Shown one piece after another: positions 48,874 through 58,504 of a DNA stretch of 64,000 bases. Origin of the DNA: a virus. Taxonomy: Duplodnaviria; Caudoviricetes. Location: the IMG/VR virus record IMGVR_UViG_3300016744_000001. One strand, 5' to 3'. The notes beneath the pieces are model-generated. The model was not told the DNA's origin. It searched no databases and worked only from the letters and a program-made list of their open reading frames with translations. Both the position numbers and the translations under genes were made by a program. Within the stretch, counting starts at the first letter, position 1. Every line of letters begins with the position of its first letter.

Positions 48874-49473
48874 ATGCCACATTCTGGAGATAGTGGAGCA
48901 AGCACAAAAACTCTTTGTTTGTCGGTCTTGCAGTTCACAAATGAACTTTGGACGATGTCAGCTGACTGGTTGTGGATGCATCTTGATCAGTTGGTTGATG
49001 CTGAAATCAAGAAAGTTTTTGGTGTGCAATCAACCAATGCGATCAATACCACCGCGGAACAAGCATTGCTATTCGCTTGGAACAAACAGGTGGAAATGGT
49101 TGCTGCTGGGTATGACATAACTGGATCAATTTTGAATCAGTTAGATGAGTTCATTGGACCTGATGTGCTGGCAACCACGGTATCAGAAAGTTATTTAAAC
49201 CAAGAAAGTCAAATTCCAGTGGTCTTGGTTTATCGTGATGCGATCCTTCGTTGGTGGATAACTATATTTGAAGAAAAGGTGGTTACCCACACTCAAACCT
49301 GCAACATACTCGCGAAATTGATCACCCGAATATCAGTTCTTCATGAGTACCGACATTGCTGTCAGGCTAAACGGCTGTTCAAATTTTCAAAATCGAATTT
49401 GGCAGAGAGTGATGCTGATGAGTATGCTCGGCAAGTAATTCTCTCTCAGCTCTTTTTGGAGAAGGACTGGTGA
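48874..49473 (+). CDS. putative HExxH metallopeptidase
   Basis: VLHEYRHCCQ...ESDADEYA. Confidence 0.6.
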   Translation: MPHSGDSGASTKTLCLSVLQFTNELWTMSADWLWMHLDQLVDAEIKKVFGVQSTNAINTTAEQALLFAWNKQVEMVAAGYDITGSILNQLDEFIGPDVLATTVSESYLNQESQIPVVLVYRDAILRWWITIFEEKVVTHTQTCNILAKLITRISVLHEYRHCCQAKRLFKFSKSNLAESDADEYARQVILSQLFLEKDW

Positions 49474-49474
49474 C

Positions 49475-50086
49475 ATGGATGATCTAACCAAAATTGACCG
49501 GCTTACCATGGTTGTTTATCCTCAGTTGTCGTCAAGGTTATCCGAAGTGTGGAATCATTCCAATACCACGCTGGTGAAAAGAGAAGTATCTCGGGTATTT
49601 GGTGATAACGACAAAATAAAAGTCATGAGTGATCGCAAGTTTATCAAGTTCGCTGAGAACTACTTGGACGACTTGGGTGATCGGAATGATCAGTCAGAGA
49701 TCACTTCTGTTGTTTTGTCAATCTTACTTGAGGTTAAAGAAGACAACGGTTACTTTGCTCAAACGTTCATTGATGACATCGACGAGACGATGTACTCTGA
49801 GCGCTGGGTGGTCTTCTTTACGAATACGTTCTCACGGTGGTTTCATCGTAATAACTGTGCTGGATTATTCGGAATCCATACGGACCGAGAACATTTCCAA
49901 CAGTGGCTTGTTACACGATTTGTGGTGTACCACGAGTACTTTCATTATTGTGAATCAAACCGAATGTTAGCCACCCAAAGTGACACAGTTATCCAGTATT
50001 CTGAAAACAGTGCAAACAGCTATGCCTGGAACCGATTGATTGAAGACGTTCTGGGCATGGCAAACCAAGGAGAGACCAATGGTTGA
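49475..50086 (+). CDS. putative HExxH metallopeptidase
   Basis: VYHEYFHY...ENSANSYA. Confidence 0.55.
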   Translation: MDDLTKIDRLTMVVYPQLSSRLSEVWNHSNTTLVKREVSRVFGDNDKIKVMSDRKFIKFAENYLDDLGDRNDQSEITSVVLSILLEVKEDNGYFAQTFIDDIDETMYSERWVVFFTNTFSRWFHRNNCAGLFGIHTDREHFQQWLVTRFVVYHEYFHYCESNRMLATQSDTVIQYSENSANSYAWNRLIEDVLGMANQGETNG

Positions 50087-50477
50087 TATCGTGTTTTACC
50101 AGCTGATTTACCGGTGTGCACTTTGCGGTGAACGTATTGTGTTGCCTGACCTTATTGCGGTTACCAGTATTTCAGTTGACAGCTTGATTGCTGCCATTAC
50201 CAGAGGCGGGGTCATCCGCATCCCCGAGTTTGTTGGTGAAGTTGTGCATCTTGACCGCACGCCAGTCTGCTTGTTGAACGCGTATCTGAATGCGCATAAT
50301 GAGCGACTGGAATTCTGGAAGGAGATGCCCCACTTGCATGCTGAAGGGACACCACACGAAATGAACACACACATGACCTTCTTGGGTTTCCGTGAAATCC
50401 CCAGCCATAATCCACCAGAAGAGCTTAAGTCGCAAATTGATGCCGTTCTTCTGGTTCACAAGAACAACCAAAGGTAA
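50079..50477 (+). CDS. hypothetical metal-binding protein
   Basis: YRCALCGE plus His-rich C-terminus; AAGGAG RBS. Confidence 0.6.
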   Translation: MVDIVFYQLIYRCALCGERIVLPDLIAVTSISVDSLIAAITRGGVIRIPEFVGEVVHLDRTPVCLLNAYLNAHNERLEFWKEMPHLHAEGTPHEMNTHMTFLGFREIPSHNPPEELKSQIDAVLLVHKNNQR

Positions 50478-50482
50478 CAACT

Positions 50483-50695
50483 ATGTGGTCACTCATCGTC
50501 TGTGTCATGGTTGGTGCAAACTGCATCATTGAGCCTGGTTTGTCACACCAGTGGCTTGGCAGCACGTTGTACAAAACTGAAAAGGAGTGCACCGAAGCCA
50601 GGAGCAATCCTGTGATTCTGGCAGAGCTTCAGCATCTTACCCGGAATGCTTCTGGGGAGTTTGCACTGATGTGCACAAAGCCTACAGCGAAGTAG
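50483..50695 (+). CDS. small Cys-containing, possibly secreted protein
   Basis: Hydrophobic N-terminus; 4 Cys. Confidence 0.6.
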   Translation: MWSLIVCVMVGANCIIEPGLSHQWLGSTLYKTEKECTEARSNPVILAELQHLTRNASGEFALMCTKPTAK

Positions 50696-50746
50696 ACTCA
50701 CTAGTGGGGCAGCATGTGCTGCCCCACTAGGATTTAAGCCAAGGTA

Positions 50747-52099
50747 TTACTTTTTGATCTGACCAGGCTGGTTCAAACCGGTGGTGTTGATGACCTGTTC
50801 GACAAAGTCATCCCACAGCTTGTTGCTGTTGTAGGTGACTGACTTTGCGATGGCCGACATGGCACCAGGCTTCGACGGAGCGAAGTTGATTTCCTTCAGA
50901 CGGTACGCATTCGTTTGGTCCAGACACTTCAACTGGAACAAGAACTGCTGCAAGCCGATGGCGTTGATCTGGTTGGGCACAGAACCAGCGTAGTCAGTCC
51001 CAAGATCAAAACCAACCTGCAAGGTGATATCGGTAATCTCAGCCTGACCAATGCTGTTGGAGAAGTTGAGAATAACCTTGGTATTGTCCGTGATGAATGA
51101 CGCACCCATCAAGTGTTTGTAGACACGCGCAAGACCGGTGAGGTCTGTGATACCACCAGTGGAGAAATCCATGGTGTACACGTCAGTCGCCGGATCGTAC
51201 CAAGTGATCAGTTTTTCTGCGACCACTTCAAGGATGTCGGGTGACAACTTGGTCAGAGGGACTGGAGTGTCAGGAGCGACAATGTCACCACCATTGAAGG
51301 TCACGATGCGCAGATCAGCAAAGCTGGTATCCGCAGACGCGAATTTCTGGAAGGTGAACACCAGTTTGATAGCTGATACTAGTACGTCAATCTTGTACAC
51401 CCCAGTCTTTACCTGATTTTCAGTCACGGTGGATACACGAGTGACGACATCAGCACCATCAACAGCGTCAACGGTCCAAGCGACCGGGGCATTGTAAACA
51501 TTACTGTTCATGCCAATCGAGTAAGCTGTTGCTTTGGCCGCAGCAGCGTAGTTGACTGTGACCTGAGCACCGATCATCGAAGAACCAACCGCGTTCTGGT
51601 CGGCAGCTGAGGCGATCACTGCACCATTTTCAATGCGAGCCGAGAACAAAGCGTTTGTAGCAACTGAAGAGACTGCCAGCGTTTCGTATGGCGACAGTGA
51701 TGGCACCATGTTGTTGGTGTACAGTTCTGGGAAGTTGTGGTTCACGAACTTCAGGAAGAAGCTTTTCACAGTTTCTTCATTCAAGGGGTTGAAGATGTAA
51801 TCGACTTCCCCGTTGTAGTAGCGTTCGATGAACGTAGCATTGTCCACGATCTCGTAACGACCAGTCGGCTGTTGAACCAGCCAATCGGTGTTCTTGAGCG
51901 TGACTGTAGCTGAGGTGTCACGATACCGGAATGAATACTCCATGCAGTTGGTTTCCGCAGAACGAGTGGCGGTCAACGAAGCCAGACCACCCATGGTTGA
52001 TGCCATTGACAGAGCATCAGCGATGTCTTGTTCTGTGTCAACTGTCAGTTGGCAAGCTTTGACTTTACCGTCAGTGCGAAGGTATTGAGAAAATGGCAT
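50747..52099 (-). CDS. putative virion protein
   Basis: Minus-strand late-type operon; AAGGAG RBS before MPFSQ. Confidence 0.55.
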   Translation of the reverse strand: MPFSQYLRTDGKVKACQLTVDTEQDIADALSMASTMGGLASLTATRSAETNCMEYSFRYRDTSATVTLKNTDWLVQQPTGRYEIVDNATFIERYYNGEVDYIFNPLNEETVKSFFLKFVNHNFPELYTNNMVPSLSPYETLAVSSVATNALFSARIENGAVIASAADQNAVGSSMIGAQVTVNYAAAAKATAYSIGMNSNVYNAPVAWTVDAVDGADVVTRVSTVTENQVKTGVYKIDVLVSAIKLVFTFQKFASADTSFADLRIVTFNGGDIVAPDTPVPLTKLSPDILEVVAEKLITWYDPATDVYTMDFSTGGITDLTGLARVYKHLMGASFITDNTKVILNFSNSIGQAEITDITLQVGFDLGTDYAGSVPNQINAIGLQQFLFQLKCLDQTNAYRLKEINFAPSKPGAMSAIAKSVTYNSNKLWDDFVEQVINTTGLNQPGQIKK

Positions 52100-52128
52100 T
52101 GGGGAATGCTCCTTGTCCAAAGTTAAGG

Positions 52129-53502
52129 TTATTCTGAAAGACCAAGCGCTTTGTAGTAGCTTGCCCGTGACAGGATATTGTACTCCACCTTGTTAGTGGT
52201 GAATGTGTGCCAAGTCAAGGTGTCAATGACGTTGTCAGTGACATCTGGAAGAGAAGTGGATTCCCCGCAAGCAATTGCCATTGCCCGGTTCAACCGCTTG
52301 TTGAAGTCCTGGGTGATTGGGTCCATGTTGGTGAACACTGACCCATCTTGGGACATGTGGTATTGATAAGAAGGATGTTCCTTGAGCAAAGAAAACTTGT
52401 CTTTGTTCAATGGATCAGGAATGGTCGTCAGGAACAGTTCACTCTGTCCACAGACCATCATTTCCTGATTGGTGTCGATGTAGTCATCGTCCATGTTCGG
52501 GAAGATCTTCTTCAAGACAGTCTTGTACTTGTACGCATTGATGATTGACGGATGGATCACGCCAAACGAACGCACTGTCACATTGTCCCATACCGGAATG
52601 ATGTAGAACTGTGCCGTGACAAAAAGGTCCGGGAGGATGGATTCCCAAACAGAGGCATCAGCAATGCCACCTTTAAGAAGGTCATTGCGGATAGCTTCAC
52701 GGATTTCAAGACTGCTTGGTTTTGCACCCTGATACAGGACACCAAACGGCAGCATCTGTGTGGCTGAAGGTGACTTTGTGAGGTACTTGGTGAAGTACGT
52801 CATAAAACCACTGTGATCTTCAGTCTCGATACTTTGATCAAGATCAGCAAACGAAGAAGTGTTTGCTTTGATCATCATCTCGATCGCACCAGAAACTTTG
52901 GTAGGATCAAGGATGTAGATCTTGTCACAAGGCAACACAACATTGTTGATTGTCGCCAAGGGATAGTCAGCAAGGAAACTTGCACGATCAAGCCACACAC
53001 GGAAGATCTCTTCATCCTGATCAGCAAGTTTGATGTGGAAATCAAAGTAAGTGACCAGAGAAATGGTCATGGTCGGAGTGACATCATCAACGTTGTAGAT
53101 GGTGCCCGTCACACTTGTCCTGGAGAGAGCAAGGGTATCCGCAACATAAACATCTTTAGTCAGTGCCCCACTGGCCAGAGAGTAGTTGATCGTGTCACGA
53201 CTGTCACCATTGGCAGTGTAGATCATCTCAAGCACATTGAAGAACTTGATCAGATCATCATTCGACAGCTGGTCAAACAAGTCTGTGGGGTGTTTGGATT
53301 TGTCATAGTGGAAGCTGATCTTTCCATTCGCAGCTTTCCCGCCAAGATTCAACCGAGTACTACGTGGATCACCAACTCGGATATTCTTGTTGAAGTAATT
53401 CCCGATTTGCCGGTCCATCACACATGCTGGATACACTTCGTCAGCATTGGTGATTGTAGTTTTTTTCTGAAAAAGTGTATCATCGATGTAGCCGTAGTAC
53501 AT
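52129..53502 (-). CDS. putative virion structural protein (phiKZ-like)
   Basis: W..ILPDLF..QFYIIPVWD motif seen in jumbo-phage structural proteins. Confidence 0.55.
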   Translation of the reverse strand: MYYGYIDDTLFQKKTTITNADEVYPACVMDRQIGNYFNKNIRVGDPRSTRLNLGGKAANGKISFHYDKSKHPTDLFDQLSNDDLIKFFNVLEMIYTANGDSRDTINYSLASGALTKDVYVADTLALSRTSVTGTIYNVDDVTPTMTISLVTYFDFHIKLADQDEEIFRVWLDRASFLADYPLATINNVVLPCDKIYILDPTKVSGAIEMMIKANTSSFADLDQSIETEDHSGFMTYFTKYLTKSPSATQMLPFGVLYQGAKPSSLEIREAIRNDLLKGGIADASVWESILPDLFVTAQFYIIPVWDNVTVRSFGVIHPSIINAYKYKTVLKKIFPNMDDDYIDTNQEMMVCGQSELFLTTIPDPLNKDKFSLLKEHPSYQYHMSQDGSVFTNMDPITQDFNKRLNRAMAIACGESTSLPDVTDNVIDTLTWHTFTTNKVEYNILSRASYYKALGLSE

Positions 53503-53577
53503 GCGAACCTCGCTGCTTGTAATTATGATGTAGCTAAAAGCTCATAGGATCTCGGAGTTTCATTCAAATTATCTCGA

Positions 53578-53593
53578 TATATCACTATAGTGA
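53578..53593 (+). promoter_or_regulatory. phage early promoter motif
   Basis: TATATCAC-tatagt-GA. Confidence 0.65.
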
Positions 53594-53657
53594 AAGTAAT
53601 CCTTGGAACTTTAGCTGTCATTTGATGGTCATACCCGTTTAACTTTTGGAGAAAATC

Positions 53658-54059
53658 ATGCGACAGCTATCTGGAAAAGCCACACAAGAAGTGCTGATGC
53701 CCTTGGTCAATTTTGCACAATGCTGGACTTTTGGGTTTTTATTTTTGGTACTGATTGCGTTTTGTGGTGTGGTATTTCAGGAGTTCACATCAGAAAATGT
53801 ACTCATTACCGTGAAAGCTTGGTGGCTAGATCCGAACTTGGACAGCCATCAGGTTTGGATGTGTGTGTATCTGGCATTTTCACAGATTGCTGTGTTCAAG
53901 GTTGCTGACTTTGTTTGCAACCTTGTTGAGTTCAATACTCAAACGAATGTTACAATCCGGGTTGTGATGTCGTACACTGCAACGATGGTAACCGTATCAT
54001 CAGTGAATGCCGTACTGTTGTTACATTTTCTGTGGCATTTTGTATATTACGTTCGTTAA
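53658..54059 (+). CDS. small membrane protein
   Basis: 3 TM segments; GGAG RBS. Confidence 0.7.
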   Translation: MRQLSGKATQEVLMPLVNFAQCWTFGFLFLVLIAFCGVVFQEFTSENVLITVKAWWLDPNLDSHQVWMCVYLAFSQIAVFKVADFVCNLVEFNTQTNVTIRVVMSYTATMVTVSSVNAVLLLHFLWHFVYYVR

Positions 54060-54069
54060 GGAGATAACA

Positions 54070-54267
54070 ATGGCTGAGCTCAATGGTGGTCAGGGGATTT
54101 GTCCCAATTGTCACAAGTATGGAAAAATGGTGTATACCCCTGGTGGAATACAGTATTGCCCCTTTTGCAATTACTCACCGGTACTTGATCGAGTGATGCA
54201 TGGGACAAAAGCTGTGGACCAACCCAGCATTGACCCAACAGCTGTTCCTCATCCACCGAGAACGTAA
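54070..54267 (+). CDS. zinc-ribbon protein
   Basis: CPNC...CPFC; AAGGAG RBS. Confidence 0.7.
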   Translation: MAELNGGQGICPNCHKYGKMVYTPGGIQYCPFCNYSPVLDRVMHGTKAVDQPSIDPTAVPHPPRT

Positions 54268-54306
54268 ATCATCATCAGGGTGCAGTCTTGCACCCTGATG
54301 GTTCAA

Positions 54307-54404
54307 AATCAACTCAGAATGCTTCCTAATGAGTCAATTTAGCTTAGACAACTATTCGTCTAGGTTTAAAAATTGATTCGTTAGGATTACATTCTGGAGC
54401 GATT
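54307..54404 (+). other. long imperfect RNA hairpin upstream of thyX
   Basis: More than 30 bp inverted repeat; the mismatches in its two long helices are G-U compatible on the + strand. Confidence 0.6.
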
Positions 54405-54429
54405 CTATTATTTTTTTATTGGAGGGATC

Positions 54430-55242
54430 ATGGAAGACAAGTCTCAGGAACTCAATGTCCAGCTGATGGAGCACACGCACAATGCGGCGACACTGATCTA
54501 CTCGATCTGCAAGCAGTGCAACTCACCTGACGGCGCGGCTGATATTTTTTTCAATGAGCTTCGTAAAGATGCTTGCCACGAGATCTTTATGAAGAACGAG
54601 ATTGGTCTTGCACCCAATCAAAAGTCCCCGGCTGAGACCCGCAATGACCTGATCCGAAAGGTCATTGCTTCTGGTCATTCCAGTGTGGTGGAGCATGTTT
54701 CTTTTACCTTTGGGATCACTGGCTTCAGCCGCATTTCTTCTCAACAGGTGACCAGACACCGGATTGGGATGGCCGTCACACAGCAGTCTCAGCGGGAAAC
54801 CAACGCTGAGAACTTCACGTATGTCGTACCACCACACATCCTTGAACATGAAGACACCAGAACGATGTTCTTCGAAGAGATGCGACACGACCAGGAACGG
54901 TATTCCAAAATGCTGCATCTTCTTGAAGGACATGGTTACAAAAAGCAATCGTGTCAGGAAGATGCTCGCTTCTTGCTCAGCAATGCTTGTGAAACCAAGT
55001 TTGTTCTGACGTTCAATGCCAGGGCACTTCTTCACTTCATTGAACTCAGGAACTGCCGCAAAGCTCAGTGGGAAGTACGTGCACTGAGCAACAAGTTGCT
55101 TTCCTTGGTCAACCCTATTTTGCCGGCAGTGTTCGATACTGCTGGTGCCCCTTGTGAACGTTTTGGTTTCTGCACGGAGGATCGTTCTTGCGGTCGGTAT
55201 CCGTCCCTGAAAGACCTCACGTTCAGTCTTAAAGAAGGTTAA
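54430..55242 (+). CDS. thyX: flavin-dependent thymidylate synthase
   Basis: GHSSVVEH, RHR...QQSQR, EDARFLL, NARALLHFIELR and AQWEVR motifs. Confidence 0.95.
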   Translation: MEDKSQELNVQLMEHTHNAATLIYSICKQCNSPDGAADIFFNELRKDACHEIFMKNEIGLAPNQKSPAETRNDLIRKVIASGHSSVVEHVSFTFGITGFSRISSQQVTRHRIGMAVTQQSQRETNAENFTYVVPPHILEHEDTRTMFFEEMRHDQERYSKMLHLLEGHGYKKQSCQEDARFLLSNACETKFVLTFNARALLHFIELRNCRKAQWEVRALSNKLLSLVNPILPAVFDTAGAPCERFGFCTEDRSCGRYPSLKDLTFSLKEG

Positions 55243-55285
55243 TCTATCTACTGGAGCAGGCATGCCTGCTCCAGTAGGGTTAATA

Positions 55286-57499
55286 TTATTCGGCTTCTGG
55301 TAAAACCAAACCATCTGGAAGCATGGTCAAAGCGTGGAGAGCATACCGAACACTGTTGGTGTTAGCAGTGTTGTAGAACTTACCAGCAGGGGAAATCATA
55401 CTTGCTGGTGATTCAAGATGTTTACGAGCTTCGGCCAATGCTTCTGATGACATAATCCCATTGACGCTAACCTTGTCACCATCAAAGTCGGCATTGAGAC
55501 CAGGTGTCTTTGATGGATGAACGATGGTGCTGTCAATGTATTGTCTGATGTTAATTCTTGGGTAATGTGGAAGGACCATATCCCCAAGTTCACTGTACTG
55601 AGATTTGAAGTTGACCACCCGGTCAGGTGATGTGGTGAGAACCGACACCTTACTAGGGTAGATGCTACCGACTTCGACTGCAGGGAAACGAGTGATCGTG
55701 CAGAACTTGTCATGGGTAGCCGCATACGTAGCAAGGTAGAGCATTTCGATTTTGGTCAATGCTCTGATTTTCTGTCGGTCAACGGTGACGTTACTTTCAA
55801 TCTGTGGAATGACTGATTCAGCCAACCATTCACAGTACAGTTCTTTTTTGTACTTTTCCTGATTGGTTTTGTCAATTGTCCGCAGATAGTCAGTTGTGAA
55901 GTCGCTCTTGATTGCCGCATCTTGAAGAGCTTTGATTTCACTTTCTGTTGCGATGTTTTCGTGCACTTCATGGGCAAGCTCATGTGCAATGAGATGCTCA
56001 AGATAGTAGTTGAAAGTCTCAAGTCCAGAAATCGTGGTCGCTCCAGTGTAGTAAGCAATGACGTCTTTGAGGTTTGGGTTCAGATAGACAATTTTGTTTT
56101 TTGTCCAACATCCACCAAATTTGATTGGATCAAAGTTCTCAGCAACATCACCGTTGTTGTCACGGGGCACCGACGACAACTCAAACTTGATGTCGGACAA
56201 GTCAATCCCAAGCTTTTTGTAGCTTTTGATGACTGTGTCCCAATGTGGTTGAATGTACGGTAATGTCAAGGTTGGACACTCAGCTAGCGGTATCTTTTTG
56301 GATGATCCACCAGCAGAGAGAAGCTTCTCAAAGTCATCAATGTTGCGAAGCAAGTAGATGTCTTTGCCAGTGTCATACACCGCCCACAGCCAGTACTTCT
56401 TTCCGTCGACCCCCATGATGTAAACTTCGTCATGACGGCCGTCAGTGTCCTTGAAGCTGTTGATCAGATCGTGTTTACTTTGGGTATCCAATGCATACGT
56501 CACTTGAGCTGGAACGATCTCAACGTACTTTGTTTTCAAAGTAGCCGGATCAATTGCTGGCACTTGAATACTCCCCAAGGTGTACACCTGTGAAGTGAAC
56601 AAGACATTGAGCGCATGGATGACGATTGGCTCAAAGGCTTTGGCTGCGTGGAACACTGAGAGCTGAGTCTCATTGTGCTTGATGTAGCTAGGTGATTCTG
56701 GAGAATCAGCCATCAGTGTTGGTGCGGTGATAACCCCACGAGTACCAAGGGCAAGGTTACGTTTGGCGTAATGCGCCTGACCGAAACCAGTCTTGCCTTC
56801 GTAGAAGTTCTTCCAGTGGTTAAAGATCTCAACCACTTTCAGTTGTACGTGGTACTTGACGTTGTTGAAGAATGTTCTCAAGATCGGGTTGTTCGCTCCA
56901 TTCTTGATCTCCAACGACATCATTAAGAGTGAGTTGTAAAGCTTGTTGACTTCATCAACTTCCACTCGACCTGAGACATCAGTCTTGACATCTCGCCAGC
57001 CAGCAGGACAAACTAACCAGTGTCGGATGACATGACAGTTCATCTGAATGGTTTGCTCGATGACTGAAATCTTGTTGTTTCTTGAAACTGAGTTGTTTCG
57101 TTGAAACTTGAGACTGGAAACATGCTCCATGAAGAAAGCATAACCAGTGCTCGCACTGGGGTTCTCTTTCTCAGCTGGAACAAAGCACCCGTTGGTTTGA
57201 TCCCAGGTAGCATGGACTTTGCTTTCCATGATGTCCTGATACCAACCACAGACGTTTATGATGTTGAGAAAAATCAATGGCGACAGAATGTCACTATGAA
57301 GTGAGATATACCCAAGACGGGATATCCGATCTGGTGTACCAATCTGACCAAAGATTGACTCACTGTACAATCCGAAGGGATGAAATGAACTGGTTGATGG
57401 CTCGTACATCAATGGTGAAGTGACTTCCCCAAGAAAATCTCTCTTGATGATTGAACCGACATCCATCGGCCAAACATTCCAAGGACGGTTTGGTTGCAT
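55286..57499 (-). CDS. virion RNA polymerase beta' catalytic subunit (phiKZ gp180-like) with an inserted HExxH domain
   Basis: FHPFGLYSE.IFG, PAGWRD, GTRGVITA, ITRFP and LNADFDGD motifs; next to the gp181-like gene. Confidence 0.9.
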   Translation of the reverse strand: MQPNRPWNVWPMDVGSIIKRDFLGEVTSPLMYEPSTSSFHPFGLYSESIFGQIGTPDRISRLGYISLHSDILSPLIFLNIINVCGWYQDIMESKVHATWDQTNGCFVPAEKENPSASTGYAFFMEHVSSLKFQRNNSVSRNNKISVIEQTIQMNCHVIRHWLVCPAGWRDVKTDVSGRVEVDEVNKLYNSLLMMSLEIKNGANNPILRTFFNNVKYHVQLKVVEIFNHWKNFYEGKTGFGQAHYAKRNLALGTRGVITAPTLMADSPESPSYIKHNETQLSVFHAAKAFEPIVIHALNVLFTSQVYTLGSIQVPAIDPATLKTKYVEIVPAQVTYALDTQSKHDLINSFKDTDGRHDEVYIMGVDGKKYWLWAVYDTGKDIYLLRNIDDFEKLLSAGGSSKKIPLAECPTLTLPYIQPHWDTVIKSYKKLGIDLSDIKFELSSVPRDNNGDVAENFDPIKFGGCWTKNKIVYLNPNLKDVIAYYTGATTISGLETFNYYLEHLIAHELAHEVHENIATESEIKALQDAAIKSDFTTDYLRTIDKTNQEKYKKELYCEWLAESVIPQIESNVTVDRQKIRALTKIEMLYLATYAATHDKFCTITRFPAVEVGSIYPSKVSVLTTSPDRVVNFKSQYSELGDMVLPHYPRINIRQYIDSTIVHPSKTPGLNADFDGDKVSVNGIMSSEALAEARKHLESPASMISPAGKFYNTANTNSVRYALHALTMLPDGLVLPEAE

Positions 57500-57529
57500 T
57501 TTAAACTCCATGTGCCTTTTGGAGGATAT

Positions 57530-58399
57530 ATGTCTCAAATACCTGCTTCATCTCCATTACGAAAACAAATTCTCACGGAAATTACGAACAAGTATTCAGC
57601 TGACGAAAGAGATGACTTCATCAAAGCATATCGGAGTGAGGCCACTCGTCAAATATCTTCGATATACATTGAATTGCCATACCTTTTGGATGTTTATCTT
57701 GGTGGTCTGCTTTGGATGACCAAGGATGATCCGAAGGCTTACCAGTACATCATCAGCAAACTGCCTAATTACAACAACCGGATTCAGGTAGAACATGCTC
57801 CGTATTTTAGTGAGCTGGGGATAACTGAAGAGCAACTGCTTGAACTGTTGAAAGATCCAAAACAAGCAGAGTTCCGAATGATGACTGCTCCACCAACAAC
57901 AATGTGGAAAGACTTGAAAGATATCCATCAGGGGATCGTCGCTGAAAACAAGATGCGAGAATCGCTGAACGTTTCTCCAGTGACAACACTCACGTATGTG
58001 ATCAACACTTATCCGTTGGTGTTGAGCGTTTCAGCTGCAAAGAAGTTGAAATCCAGACTGATTCTTGGTCTGAAAGAAACATCAATCAACTTCGGTGTGA
58101 TCAGTGTCCCTGGGCATGAGCTGGAGGAAAAACATTACAAAGAGTTTGACCACTGGTTCATCTACCATTTTTACAATTGGTCAGAGCACCCAGAATCTAA
58201 CGGGGCAAAGGCTTTGATGGACTTAAGGATGGCAAGAGCAGAATTGTTTGCACCACCAAGAGTCTCTGATCCAGAAGTGGTGAAGTTGTTACCAACATAC
58301 ACGTTGGATGACTACACCACATTAGAGAAAAATTCATTGGCGGCCCTGAATGCATTTACCTCTTTCCAGTATTATCGGTCAACGATTATCTTGTCGTGA
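57530..58399 (+). CDS. hypothetical protein
   Basis: GGAGG RBS; 289 aa. Confidence 0.75.
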   Translation: MSQIPASSPLRKQILTEITNKYSADERDDFIKAYRSEATRQISSIYIELPYLLDVYLGGLLWMTKDDPKAYQYIISKLPNYNNRIQVEHAPYFSELGITEEQLLELLKDPKQAEFRMMTAPPTTMWKDLKDIHQGIVAENKMRESLNVSPVTTLTYVINTYPLVLSVSAAKKLKSRLILGLKETSINFGVISVPGHELEEKHYKEFDHWFIYHFYNWSEHPESNGAKALMDLRMARAELFAPPRVSDPEVVKLLPTYTLDDYTTLEKNSLAALNAFTSFQYYRSTIILS

Positions 58400-58504
58400 T
58401 CAGTGAGTAGTGCCAAAAGGCACTACTCACTATAAATATAGATTGTATTTATAGTGGTTAATCAGATGGACGGTTTTACCCACTAAGTTGGTTTGGAGTT
58501 CACA

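Larger units (their letters stand above)
1164..58431. repeat. dispersed family of >20 perfect intergenic hairpins (stems about 9-15 bp)
   Basis: Examples start at 1164, 6577, 7254, 7928, 9581, 14173, 15395, 17408, 19417, 19833, 25345, 26307, 34969, 36821, 41084, 45458, 47055, 50701, 54273, 55248 and 58402. Confidence 0.85.

Noticed and set aside
55781-56317. Intein or intron in vRNAP beta'
   Set aside because: In frame, with no splice-junction residues or homing-endonuclease motifs
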